Under the pieces are notes generated by a model. It saw only the letters and a list, made by a program, of their open reading frames with translations. It searched no databases and was not told the DNA's origin. The translations under genes and the position numbers were made by a program. A stretch of DNA of 64,000 nucleotides from Octopus vulgaris (taxonomy: Eukaryota), in contig OX597837.1 in the NCBI GenBank assembly GCA_951406725.2, positions 8,990,001 through 9,054,000 of the forward strand. The letters are read 5' to 3'. Shown here piece after piece: positions 13,377 to 26,169 of this stretch (position 1 is its first letter; every line of letters starts with the position of its first letter).

Positions 13377-13682
13377 TCGTCGCCTTTTTCAAGCCTAGCC
13401 AGACTCATGGGCCCGGTTTCCCGGTTTCTGTGGCGTATGTGTTCCCCCCAGCTGGACGGGGCGTCAGTCCACCGCAGCGTTACTCACGAAACAGGAAGAG
13501 AGAGTGAGAGAAAGTTGTGGTGAAAGAGTACAACAGAGGTCGCCACCCTCCTTGCTGGAGCCTCGTGGAGCTCTTAGGCGTTTTCGCTCAATAAACACAC
13601 ACAACGCCCAGTCTGGTAATCGAAACCGCGATCCTCCGACCGCGAGTCCGCTGCCCTAACCACTGGACCATTGCGCCTCCAC
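13377..13682 (-). mobile_element. Full-length family B SINE with 12-bp TSD
   Basis: Perfect direct repeat aaattggagact at 13365-13376 and 13683-13694; A/B-box head on minus strand. Confidence 0.94.
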
Positions 13683-14172
13683 AAATTGGAGACTACACAT
13701 ATAATAACCAGTATGTCCTCCTCTTTTAAATATACCAGTGTATGGTTTCGTTCTGAGATTGAACTGTTAATTCGAGAAAATCTTATGAAAATATTCAGAG
13801 TGTCTCTCCTGTGATTCGACGATACGTTGCTTGTTTCATTTGCTCGCGATTCTGGATGGAAGAGTAGAAGCAATTCACGAAAGCAGCGTATACCTCGTCG
13901 TTAGGAATATATAATGGCCGATGATGGTGGGATACAAATCTTGAATGATCGATGACTTCCTGTTACTGCAAGGAGTTCATTGCTTATCCGCTTCACACTC
14001 GATTCCAACCTCTGTATTGCGTATGCGCTATATTATATACGATATTTATCATTATTATAATAAATTCTGTGTTCAGAAATTGATATAAATCATACGATAT
14101 ACCCAGTGGTGTTTACATATTTATACGGAAGGAGAGGAAAAGCTTGTAAACGTTGGTACAACAGTATGTGTG

Positions 14173-14216
<44 letters not shown>

Positions 14217-14948
14217 AGCATGCACATATAATGGTTGTTGCTGTTAGGTTTTAGTCTGAATCGAATATCCATGTAAGCTACTAAGATTAATGGAAGTTAT
14301 GTATATTTACAAAGCTCCATCCAAAGACGACTTATTCTATCGGAGAAAAGACTGTCTAAATTATTTAGTAGCGAGTTCGTTAGCTGAAGCATAGTGACGA
14401 AAAGGGGGGATATGTATTAGTTTATGTCGAAATCCTTTAACTGTAAATTGAATATATTTAACGGTTTCAGTCACCGGAAACCAGCCAGTTACACAGAGTG
14501 TTAGAACATAATTTTAAACCACCTTACCTGTTCGTTCTTATATGTTTGCTGTAAATGCGTGAGAAAAGCAGCTAAATCCTCCTCAAGTAACGGAGTAACG
14601 CACTAAAAATTCCTATCTTTTCTCACTCTAAACACATTAGAATAATGAGGGGCATTTTCTGTAATGTAAAAATTAAACCTTAATAAAAAGATGGGATTGA
14701 AAGAAAGAACTGTATTCGTGTATAAACCACACTCGGAGATAATTGTCCTGGGGTATCAACAGCAATTTCAACGCAAAAACAAGAGGATGAGATAAGGCGT
14801 TAGCAATATGTGCCAGATATAGTTAGTTCTCCAATGTAACGAACTCTTACTTGCACAGAGATAAGCAGGTTTAATAAATTATACATACATACATACATAC
14901 ATACATACATACATACATACATACATACATACATACATACATACATAC

Positions 14949-15369
14949 GGATAGAGTAGCTTTCGGATCATCAACACAAATGAGACTGAACAAGGAAACA
15001 TTCTTCATTGAAAAGTACAAACCCAGACTCAACCATCCGAACATACTGACACAGAGAAATTAACAAGGAAAAGGGAAAAAAATTTTTAAGCGATTATCTC
15101 CCTTACACCGGAAGAAATCACTCACTACCTCCCCTTATTTAGAAATCTCCTGTTAATAAACACAACGATAACTCCATGCAATATAAACATAACGTCACAA
15201 GAAATTTGAAAAGCTACACGCGAAACCGGTAATTTCTTTAAAAATTTTTAAATTATGTCATTTTAAGGAAAGGAAAAAAATTTTTCCAATATTCTCCAGA
15301 CATTTTGACACAAATATATATATTTTTTAACATTTAAGCCTTCTGTCGTTTTTTCACACTTTACTATTT

Positions 15370-15375
<6 letters not shown>
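14949..15375 (+). mobile_element. Penelope-like element 3' remnant (GIY-YIG C-terminus + 3'UTR with hammerhead motif)
   Basis: TQMRLNKETFFIEKYKPRLN fits the GIY-YIG C-terminal E...I....P.LN motif; flanked by (ACAT)n and (TA)n. Confidence 0.75.
15199..15238 (+). ncRNA. Minimal type I hammerhead ribozyme motif (U3-A8 variant)
   Basis: aagaaat-UUGAAAA-gc(tacac)gc-GAAA-ccgg-UA-atttctt: 7-bp stem I, 2-bp stem II, palindromic ACCGGU stem III, GUA site. Confidence 0.75.
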
Positions 15376-15438
<63 letters not shown>

Positions 15439-15547
15439 TTATGAGTGTGTTAATGTGTTATGGAAAATTAAAACGTTGACAATGTTTATGGGTCGTTGGA
15501 AAGAGGTCAAGCGCATATAGAAAGATACACACACATATATGTATACC

Positions 15548-15700
15548 GCAGGCTTCCATATAGTTTCCGTTTTCCAAATTAACTCAAAAGGAACCAGTCT
15601 ATCCGGGGATATAGTAAAAGACCGATGCCCATAGTGTCTCGCAGTGAAATTGAACCAAAAAATTCCTAACTTTAAAAGAAGCTTCTAATCCACACAGCTA
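15548..15700 (-). mobile_element. Degenerate family D SINE head
   Basis: caggcttccatatagtttccg...cgcagtgaaattgaacc...cacacagcta. Confidence 0.65.
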
Positions 15701-15911
15701 AAATTTGTTTTCTCTGTTGTGTTGACAGTAATAGATATAACGTATGTAATAAGTAATAAAAAGTGTATAATAAACATATACAATATGTTATAATGCAGGT
15801 GTTTTACTTCTTAAATATAAACACAAAGTACACGTGACAGATTTTAACATACAATCCTGTGGGTAGTATGAAATTAATTGCTACTGTATCTCTTTTAATA
15901 TTTAACTATAC

Positions 15912-16077
15912 AGCAAGTCGGCAAGTTAGTAGAGTTGTTAACATCCCGAGCAAAATGCATCGTAGTATTCCGTCCCTTTTGACGAGTACCAGTTGAACAA
16001 TAGGGATGATGGAATCGATTACCAATGTCCCCAGAAATTCCAAACCTCCTGCTATAATTTGAAACCAATATTTAACT
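15912..16077 (+). mobile_element. Old, internally deleted family A-related SINE
   Basis: Head-like start, gagtaccagttgaac..., tail aaattccaaacctcctgctataatttgaaaccaatatt; same deletion as 16513-16672. Confidence 0.65.
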
Positions 16078-16089
16078 ATACAGCAATTT

Positions 16090-16323
16090 GGTGAGATGGC
16101 AGAAACGTTAGCACGTCGGCCGAAATGCTTAGTGGTATTTCGTCTGCCGTTACGTTCTGAGTTCAAATTCCGATGAGGTTGACCTTGCCTTTTATCCTTT
16201 CGGGGTCGATAAATTAAGTACCAGTTACTTACTGGAGTCGATATAATCGACTTAATCCGTCTGTCTGTCCTTGTTTGTCTCCTCTGCGTTTAGCCGCCTG
16301 TGGATAGTAAGGAAATAGGTATT
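16090..16323 (+). mobile_element. SINE family A
   Basis: ggtgagatggcagaaacgttagcac...gaaataggtatt. Confidence 0.92.
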
Positions 16324-16512
16324 GCATACGTATTAATAGCTTCGAGATTTCAATGATGTAATTGTAGGGTAAATGTAAAAGGCTATATCTGGCCAGTTTG
16401 AACATAGAGCAGATAGAATATTTGGGCGAGAGATGGCTGTTATTTCTGTCAGGACGAGCGATTACGTAGAAACTCTCTTGAAGAACTTCCAGTAGAAGAG
16501 AGTCATGTTGTT

Positions 16513-16672
16513 AAGGCGGTGACCTGGTAGAATCGTTACCACGTCGGGCAAAATGCATTGCCGTATTCTGTCCGATTTATTAAGTACCAGTTGCACCACG
16601 TGGTTGATGTAATCGATTACCAATCTCCCACCAAATTCCTGACAATCTGCTATAATTTGAAGCCAATATTTA
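16513..16672 (+). mobile_element. Old, internally deleted family A-related SINE
   Basis: aaggcggtgacctggtagaatcgttacc...taagtaccagttgc...ctgctataatttgaagccaatatt. Confidence 0.7.
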
Positions 16673-16677
16673 ACCAT

Positions 16678-17098
16678 GCAGGAGTGGCTGTGTGGTAAGT
16701 AGCTTGCTTACCAACCACATGGTTTTGGATTCAGTCCCACTGCGTGGCATCTTGGGCAAGTGTCTTCTGCTATAGCCTCGGGCCGACCAAAGCCTTGTGA
16801 GTAGACGGAAACTGAAAGAAGCCTGTCGTATATATGTATATGCATATATATATGTGTGTGTGTGTGTGTGTATATGTTTGTGTGTCTGAGTTTGTTCCTC
16901 TAGTATTGCTTGACAACTGATGCTGGTGTGATTACGTCCCCGTCACTTAGCGGTTCGGCAAAAGAGACCGATAGAATAAGTACTGGGCTTAAAAAGAATA
17001 AGTCCTGGGGTCGATTTGCTCGACTAAAGGCGGTGCTCCAGCATGGCCGCAGTCAAATGACTGAAACAAGTAAAAGAGTAAAAAAGTGTAAAAGAGTA
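16678..17098 (+). mobile_element. Full-length family D SINE (CORE-like cttgggcaagtg, internal TA/TG microsatellite, conserved tail)
   Basis: gcaggagtggctgtgtggtaag...cttgggcaagtgtcttc...(TA/TG)n...gcatggccgcagtcaaatgactgaaacaagtaaaagag. Confidence 0.93.
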
Positions 17099-17112
17099 TG
17101 CATTGCTGTTAA

Positions 17113-17660
17113 GGCGGTGAGCTGGCAGAATCGTTAGCACGTCGGGCAAAATGCTTAGCGGTATTTCGCCTGCCGTTACGTTCTGAGTTCAAATTCCGCC
17201 GAGGTCGACTTTGCCTTTTATCCTTTAGGGGTCGATAAATTAAGTACCAGTTACGCACTGGGGTCGATGTAATCGACTTAATACCTATGTCTGTCCTTGT
17301 TTGTTCCCTCTATGTTTAGCCCCTTGTGGGTAATAAAGAAATAGGTATTTCGTGAGCTCAAATTTCGCCGAGCTCATCTTTGCCTTTCATCCATTCGGGG
17401 TTCGATTAAATAAGTACCAGTTGAACAATGGAGTTGATGTAATTGGCTTATTCCCGCCCCCAAAATTTCAGGCCTTGTTGTCTATAGTAGAAAGGAATAT
17501 TTAGCCATGAAGTAAAGCCGCGGGCGGACAGAATCGTTAACACGCTGGACATGTTGCTTAGCAGCATTTCGTCCGTCTCTGTGTTCTGAGTTTGACCTTG
17601 CCTTTCAACAGTTCGGGGTCGATAAAACAAGCAGCAGTCGAGCACTGGAGTTGATGCATA
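17113..17660 (+). mobile_element. SINE family A (17113-17352) followed by older related fragments
   Basis: Family A consensus, then further gcctttcatccattcgggg...aagtaccag and gcctttcaacagttcggggtcgataa cores. Confidence 0.88.
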
Positions 17661-18060
17661 TGTACATCATACATATCTGCATGCATTTATTTATTTTTTC
17701 TTTTTATTCTTATGTATTTCAGGCAAAACTTGTAGCATGCTGACGCAACGCCATTGTTATCACATTTTCAATGTCCACTCTTTTTTGATCGGCTGCGGAT
17801 AAAGGAACGATTTCGATATTGTTTTCCTCGTTTGAATTTCTTGCAGTGAGCTTACTTCATCTGATCCTATGCATCAGATTAACAGGCTTCGTAATGTGTT
17901 ATCAGCTTTGAAAGGATCTCGGGGTGATGTGAGATTACAACACACAGAATCGGAGTTAATATTGCAAGACTTTCTATCTGAGGATTTGACTAAGACTGAT
18001 TCGCCTTGTCACACACGCACGCACGCCACACGCACATACAAACACAGAAACACACCCACG

Positions 18061-18098
<38 letters not shown>

Positions 18099-18135
18099 AT
18101 CACAGTCTGACCGTCCACCCTTCTATCTGTATTAT

Positions 18136-19225
18136 TACCGCGAGTGTCGCGTTGCTCTCAAGCAACTCTGCCGTCCTGGGTCGACCTTAAGTGACTTCAA
18201 CACAACCAAAGCATTCTATAGGGGTTTAGTGGAGGGGAGGTACGACGACGAGCTCGGGGCGAACCTGGACGTCGACGAGGAGTACCTGACCCGCCTGTTC
18301 AGGACGACTTTCGGGCCAGGGCCCATGGACAACTTCCAGAGATCCCTGGCCTGGCAGTGCTACCGAGAAGCGCTACCCGTTCGGGATAAGCTCTACAGAC
18401 ACGGCTCGAGAAACACGGGGCCGACCTGCCCGAGATGCGGTCAGAGCGACGAAACCGTTCTGCACGCACTCGTTCAGTGTCCAACAATTTCCGACCTGTG
18501 GGCTTATGTCGAACAACTGCTGTCACGTGTGGGACGAGTCGGTTTATCAGCTGAGTCTATCGTCAATATTGTCACGCCTCCTTCCTTCAAACGGGAAGGA
18601 AGAGCTATTTTCATCATCCTTGTGGCTATGGCGAAGGAATGTATCTGGTGGACGCGTCGGAAAGGATTGGAGACAAACACTTTCCTCTCTGGTCAATCTC
18701 TCATCAACTTCTTCAAGTACCACTTGAAAAGGAAAGTGAGAGTAGAGAGGCAAGTTTTGTCTAGCGAATGTTTTAAAAAAAGATGGGTGAATGTAGCAAG
18801 AATGGCACGTATGAATGACGAAGCCACCTTGAGCATAGTCCTATGAACCCAGAAATCGAAAACAGAGAGTTGCTTATTTGCAAAAAAAAAAAAAAAAAAA
18901 AAAAGAAATATAAAATGTGACTTCATTGACCGAGGTTACCGTGGTCTTTTCCGTAGGCTTTTCTTTCCACGGGTAAACCTCACCTGTCCTCCCCTTTACA
19001 CTTCATATTGACATTTCTGTGATAACGATCCCAATTGATCAATTTTTTTTCCTCCCCCCTTTTTTTTAACCCCCCTTTTTTTGTCCTCTTTCTCTCCTTT
19101 TACGATCCCTTTTGATCGAAACTCCCCCTTCCTTTTTTTTTTTTTTTTCTAACCCTTCAAAAGAAAAGCTCTACCTTGTAATTTGTTCTATCTGTGTGCA
19201 GCCCGGTGTGGCTAATAAAGAAACA

Positions 19226-19226
<1 letters not shown>
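18136..19226 (+). mobile_element. 5'-truncated Tx1/L1-clade non-LTR retrotransposon (C-terminal zf-RVT region + 3'UTR)
   Basis: TKAFYRGL, SLAWQCYREALPVRDKL, CPRCGQSDETVLHALVQC (CCHC), AMAKECIWWTR, FKKRW; stop at 18846; pyrimidine-rich UTR ending aataaagaaacat into (TATC)n. Confidence 0.9.
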
Positions 19227-19655
<429 letters not shown>

Positions 19656-20249
19656 TTCAATGTATCTCTTTATATTGTTTTTTGGTTGTGTGCATGCACG
19701 CGTATATACATCCGTACGTATATACATATATACACAAATACACACCCACACATGTGCTTATTGACAAAGGTATTTATGATATATAATATAAAACATAATA
19801 TAATATACATGTGCCTCTATGTGCATGTGTGCATGTTGGTGTGCAGCTAAACATGCATAAACATTATTGAAACACAGCTATTCTCAGATATTAAAATGGC
19901 CGTAACAAAATATACTCGCATGTATTTCGTTCCATTGCATTACGACAAATAACGAGGTAATAGATAGATGAACAACACGACATTGTGGAATGAATATATA
20001 TCAGATTGGTTACCAGAAACGCCATCTACGCATGTTCTATCTTGAAAAAGGCGCATTATCATTCGCCCCCCGATTAACAATATTTGCAAAGACACGCAAG
20101 CGAACGGGAAACAACACACATTAAATCTACCTAGCCAAAGGACCTGACAGAAACAGAAACCAACTCTTGCTTAGATTACACTATGTTGTCTATAAAAAGA
20201 GGAAGGACAGATGGGACTCGGTCTATTCGAAGATGTACGAAAATATATT

Positions 20250-20375
20250 GGTTCCGGGTTCAGTCCCACTGCTTGCCACCTTGGGTAGATGCCGTGTACT
20301 ATTTCCTCGGGCTGAGCAAAACCTTGTGATTTGCTAGATTTGCTAGACGGAAACTGAAGGAAGCCCGTCGTATGT
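20250..20375 (+). mobile_element. Family D SINE fragment
   Basis: ggttccgggttcagtcccactgcttgccaccttggg...gacggaaactgaaggaagcccgtcg. Confidence 0.8.
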
Positions 20376-20393
20376 ATGGATTGTATGTATGCA

Positions 20394-20469
<76 letters not shown>

Positions 20470-20597
20470 ATTTATAAACAAGGGTAAAAGAAAAAAGATT
20501 TTTATGCCAATATGCTGTGAATAGACGTAAAATCGTCAATCACTACATTATAATATAGAATATATACAATATATATTGTAATGTGGTGATAGACGAT

Positions 20598-20691
20598 ACA
20601 GCTTGGCGCGAGTGACATCGCAACTCACTTCTACTGCTGAGTGAACTGGAGCAACGTAATTTCGACTCTCTAACCACTGAGCCATGCGCCT

Positions 20692-20692
<1 letters not shown>
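20598..20692 (-). mobile_element. Internally deleted family C SINE
   Basis: Minus strand aaggcgcatggctcagtggttagagagtcga...gccaagctgtatcg matches 57765 copy. Confidence 0.75.
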
Positions 20693-20737
<45 letters not shown>

Positions 20738-20777
20738 ATTGTGTGTGTGTAGATATACATAATATATATATCTATAT

Positions 20778-20945
20778 ATGGAGTTTTTACGAAAAAAATA
20801 CAAAAGACGAAGACTGGTGGTGTACAAACAAACAGATGTATTAGTATAGCGCTCAGGAATAGAAAAAAATCTTTTACGTTTCAAGCCTACGCTCTTCTAC
20901 AGAAAGGGACACAGAAAAAAGGAGAGAAACAAGGAGAGAAAAGTA
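20778..20945 (-). mobile_element. Short TA-flanked repeat with hammerhead-like motif (PLE-type terminal piece)
   Basis: Highly similar to 51172-51360; minus strand ctttCTGTAGAAgagcgtaggcttGAAACGTAaaag. Confidence 0.7.
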
Positions 20946-20980
20946 TATCTATATATATACGTAGATACATACATACAAAC

Positions 20981-21042
<62 letters not shown>

Positions 21043-21103
21043 ATACATACATACGTACATACATACATACATACATACATACATACATACATACAAGCAT
21101 ACA

Positions 21104-21137
<34 letters not shown>

Positions 21138-21278
21138 CATACATACATACACAGGTCTTCAGCTTTCTAGGATTTGTTAAAGAAGTCAGAATGTTGGGTC
21201 TCTGACCTGTCCATTCGCAATTACTTTAAAGCCAGGAAATTTTCAGCAATCCCTCGTATACTTTTATGTGTCTGTATG

Positions 21279-21359
<81 letters not shown>

Positions 21360-21715
21360 TAATTGCTGTATGGGATATTACAAATTTCATTTCGAATTCC
21401 AGGAAAACCCAGAAATTATGAATAAAATATTAAAAAATATTTCGCAAAGAAAAACAAAATAATATCTGACGAATTCAAAGTCAATGGTCTTGTGCGTAAA
21501 TTGGTATGGTCGCCGCAAACGTAATGTTTCCATCATTCCTGTATAAATTGCAATATTTAGTAGTGTGCGTTACATAATCTCTGAAGATTTTACAATACAG
21601 TCTTAAATTTCCGTCTTCTATGATTGATACACTTTTCATTGTAAATGAAACGCTTGCATGATGACGTAACTAAACAATTTATGAACAACAAACAGTCATG
21701 CTTCATTGTGATTCA

Positions 21716-21800
<85 letters not shown>

Positions 21801-22162
21801 CATATATATATATACACACACGCTCACACACAAATGGAAATTACACACACATACACGCGGGCACATACGCACAGTCACGCAGACCCATGCATGCACACAC
21901 AAGTAATGTTACGTTATATTACAAGAATGCGAAGTGTGAACGACATAACCAACACGCCATTATTGTATCCAATTAACCTCCAATCAAAGACCCAACCGAA
22001 ATCAGAGTTCTAGAGTGATTCAAATAGGAAATTATACCTTTCAAAAAAGAATTAGAGATATTCTGACATTAATAACGCGAACAAGTATGGGGCAGGTGGG
22101 AAACGGAATACGTAACAGAGGTATGTTAATAAGAGCCGAAGCGTGAGAAAGAACGAGTGTGT

Positions 22163-22199
<37 letters not shown>

Positions 22200-22432
22200 T
22201 CGGAAGGAGAAAAGGTAAGATATAAGCTGTCAAAAAGACATGAAAAAGCGACATCTATGAAGAAACCATAGGACACAATAAATCAAACATTTTCTAGTTA
22301 AAAAGCCCCGAAGGAATGAAACGGTAACTTAAGATCACAAGGAAAGAAATTGGAACAAATATATATACGAATATACATACATATATACCTAATAACATAT
22401 AGGTGTGTATTTGTGTGTGTACATATATACAC

Positions 22433-22499
<67 letters not shown>

Positions 22500-22561
22500 T
22501 ATTTATATTTATATATATATATACACACAAATATATTTATTTGTATATATATATGTACATG

Positions 22562-22603
<42 letters not shown>

Positions 22604-23580
22604 TGTATGTACATATATTTGCATACATATATATGTATGTATGCACAAATATACGAGTATACACGCACGCATGCACACATTTCTAGTGTTTGAGTATAAT
22701 TACGCCTATATATATATGTATGTATATGTATATATATGGAGAGAGAGAGAGAGAAGGGGGGAGAGAATAAGAGCGACAGGTAGAAAGAGGGGAGAGAGAG
22801 AGAGTGAAGGAGATGAACTGTGTATGTACGACAGAGCGAATGAAAGAAATACAAAGCTGGGCATAGGGAACGAATAAATAGCTACATATATATATATAAA
22901 AAAAGAAATATCGGGATATTAGACATAGATTGATCTGGGGAAAAAAAAAAAACAGAAAATCAAAAAAAAAAAAAACTAAAGAAAAACGAAACCAAACATC
23001 AAATATACACAAACAAAAATCAGATCAGAAAATCATTTATTGAAAGGCCTAAAAGATGAAAGTGGGAAAAAAATTGCTGAAATTAAAGGGTAGATAACTC
23101 GTTAAATAAATATTCGAAAGTTAGCTTATTAATTATATAGGATCATAGTTAAATATATATAACCTTAGATCTTTTAACAGCCGTATATACTAAGTTACTA
23201 TTGTATTTACTTACTGCCATGGGTGGGTGATTATTAGACTCGGTAGATGGCTTTGAATAAAACACGCCGTTGTATTGTATTTTTTTAAAACATTTTTTAT
23301 ATTGATTTTGTATTTTGTGAGTTCTAATCCTAGGTCAGAGCTTACTGGTGTTTATCGTACTTACTAGGGCCCCCAAGGAATTTATTTCATAATAATTAGT
23401 GCCAAATATTGGGTAGTAGTAGATATTGTTTAAAAAATATATAGCTCCGCTTATGAGAACTTCACCACAAAATTAGAAAATACACCAATGTTCGTATAAT
23501 ATGTTTAATTAATACTTTTATAAGCTAAAACAATGCAGGCTATTAAAGCAATACGAAACTATCGCTTTACCTAGTATATC

Positions 23581-23720
23581 AATATTTCAGGGCAAGGATC
23601 TCTTCTTCAGGAAATCTTCGGAGAAACGTTGTTGTGAGCTGACTACCATACAGATAGGGCGGTGCAGAACACAATTTTTCTGAAGATTTCCTGAAAGAAG
23701 TGTCCGAGCCCCAAAATATT
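23581..23720. repeat. Imperfect inverted repeat (~50-bp arms)
   Basis: aatatttcagggc...ttcaggaaatcttcggagaaacgttgt vs acaatttttctgaagatttcctgaaagaag...gccccaaaatatt. Confidence 0.75.
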
Positions 23721-23842
23721 AGAATACAAATCAAAAGAACTGACGATCTATCTGTCTTACTTCTCACAATATTCCTTGCTTTGGCTTCATAAAAAGTAAA
23801 TAACTAAAAACAATTATAAATAATATCAGAAAATATCAGAAA

Positions 23843-24075
23843 GCGGCGAGCTGGCAGAATCGATAGCACGCCGGGCGAAATACTTAATGGGAATTTGTCT
23901 GCGGTTACGTCCTGAGTTCAAATTCTACCGAGGTCGACTTTGCCATTCATCCTTTTTCCTGGTCGATTAAATAAGTATCAGTTGCGCATTGGGGTCGATG
24001 TAATCAACGAAATTCCTTTGTCTGGCCTTGTGCGTCCCCTCTACGTTTAGCGCACTGTGGGCAATAAAGAAATAA
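23843..24075 (+). mobile_element. SINE family A
   Basis: gcggcgagctggcagaatcgatagcacgccgggcgaaat...gtgggcaataaagaaataa. Confidence 0.9.
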
Positions 24076-24559
24076 ACATGAGATAATGCTTCGTAGAATC
24101 TCTACAACTTAAGTGAGTGTATATATATATATATATATATCTATATATACATGTATTTGCGTGCTGAGTCTTCGACAAATGAAATAGCACCCGATGAGCT
24201 AAGAGAGTAAAGATATTCTTTACAATGAAAACCACAGGTCTTCTGAGATACAGGGTTTCCTGGCTGAAATATTAATTAATTTTGCTATTTTTCAAGCCGA
24301 AAGAAGCGACAGTATAACCTGTCAGCTGCGTTCGGAGAAGTTGACGTTTGAATGGGGGGAAAAAAAAAGGGAAAACATGCAGAGAGAAAAATAGACAGGG
24401 GAGACAACCAAAGTTACAACAAACATTACGTTTATCAAAAATGCGTAAACATGGGAATAGTTTTTAAGACGTGTCCGCCGGTCTATTTTTTAATTTCAGC
24501 TAATTTGTGTACATTAAAATGCGAACATGAAAAACAAACAGCTTGTTCATAGAATTTAC

Positions 24560-25690
24560 ACTCTCATAGAAGGTTTTTAAGATCTTTAAAAGGTACAGTT
24601 TATTGAGTGAGCATATCGAACATAGCTTTGAACCGTTAACATAGTCTTTGCCCCTGGAGAGTGATTTCTGTTTGATGTCGAAATATTTTCCTCTTTAAAT
24701 TTCCAGATTAAAGACAAGAATGTTATCGTATATCTCTTCTCACGATGCCTAAAGGTCGAAAGATGTTTCCTGTACTTGGATTTAAATTTTCCTTCTACCG
24801 TTTCAGTATAACGATTGAATCTCTTTTTGGCCGTTACCAAAACGTGCTGATATCAGCGCTTCGAAAACAATGGAGGATATTTCGAATTTCTGCCCTAGTT
24901 GACGTTTAGATTTTTCTCAGAATATTCATCCAGAGAAGGTATCAATCACCAGATTTTAATTGATATATGTCTTTACATTCGGAGTAAGAAAAAGTAATTT
25001 TAATCTTGTACCTATTTAGATATCTTTCTGTATCTCTGCCCGCTGGGAAATAGAATATCTATCAAGAACCTTTTATTTACATTTATCCTAACATTTAGGG
25101 AGAAAGGCAGAGAAAAACATAAAACTTTACGAGACCTATTCCTACGACCAGATGATTTAGTTGGTTGAGGGTTACAAAAGTAAAGCCACTATTCTGGGAG
25201 TCGTATTATTATGTGGGGAAGTCTTTCCAAATAATTCTTTCAGAGAAGAAAGATATAAAATCCTACGGCTTCCGTTCGGAATTAAATTTTTAAATACAAT
25301 AAGTGGTTTGCGGAAGAGTTTATTAATATATTATAGCTTTTCGTTTGGTTTATGGAATGTCTTAACTGAACGACTTAACTGAATTGTGTGGTCCAAGGAA
25401 ACATCTGAAAAGTCAGTCTTAGGTTAGCTTCAATGGAGATTTTCATCACTAACGAATTAAAGGTAGAAATCAACTGTTTGTTGAAGAAATCCGTAGCGTG
25501 GCTACCAAAAATGTGTGATATTAAATAAACATCATCCCGATATATACAGATGCAATGGTTCGGGTATTTCGAATTTAGATCATCCGTTATGTATAAACTA
25601 ACAAAACCATATATATCTGCGCTATCGTATGAACCAACTAGGACAACGAATAGTTCACTCGGCTTATCTAATAATCGCTTCTTGATGATA
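24560..25690 (-). pseudogene. Decayed Penelope-like RT (C-terminal motifs) + GIY-YIG endonuclease
   Basis: LFVVLVGSYDSADIYGFVSLYI (cf. FDVTMGSYDGAE), IYRDD catalytic motif, KISIEANL, LPFSLNV linker, YTETVEGKFKSKYRKHLSTF...LSLIWKFKE; multiple stops/frameshifts. Confidence 0.82.
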
Positions 25691-25862
25691 ACTTGGTTCA
25701 AATACGTTCACAATATAAATAGAACGGAATTCACAAAATTTGATATTTTGGATTTCTACTCGTTGATATCTGAATCATTGCGTAATGTTCTGAAGTTTGC
25801 ATGTCGGTTTCTAATCATCGATGAAGTTGAAATGAAGATCATTGTGCAATCATGTACGACAA
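25690..25862 (+). pseudogene. Inverted upstream RT segment of the same Penelope-like element
   Basis: WFKYVHNINRTEFTKFDILDFYSLISE...LKFA...EMKIIVQSC matches the PLE RT FDIxxFYPSI region that normally precedes GSYD. Confidence 0.75.
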
Positions 25863-26169
25863 TGGGATTTCGTAGACCATCTCTTTCTATTTCTCATCCA
25901 TTTAGAGGCATCCTTTGTAAGTTTTCGCACTAGTCACAAGATTTCTGTTACCAGTACAGAGCCCTAAGTACAACAGTTCCCTTAAATATATTTTCAGTTA
26001 TGCCGCATCACCTTAAACTATTTCAATTCTTTTTAAAAGCAATATTCACTTATTGTACCAGCAGCTCTTTAAGCCATGACGTTACCAATGCATTTAAAAA
26101 GATATTTTGAATGCGTTTAGCAATTGCTAAACCTCAATGTTATGGATGTATGTATGGACATACACCCAT

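Noticed and set aside
17869-18135. N-terminal part of the 325-aa ORF
   Set aside because: Runs through CA/CT repeats; chance in-frame extension upstream of the Tx1 truncation
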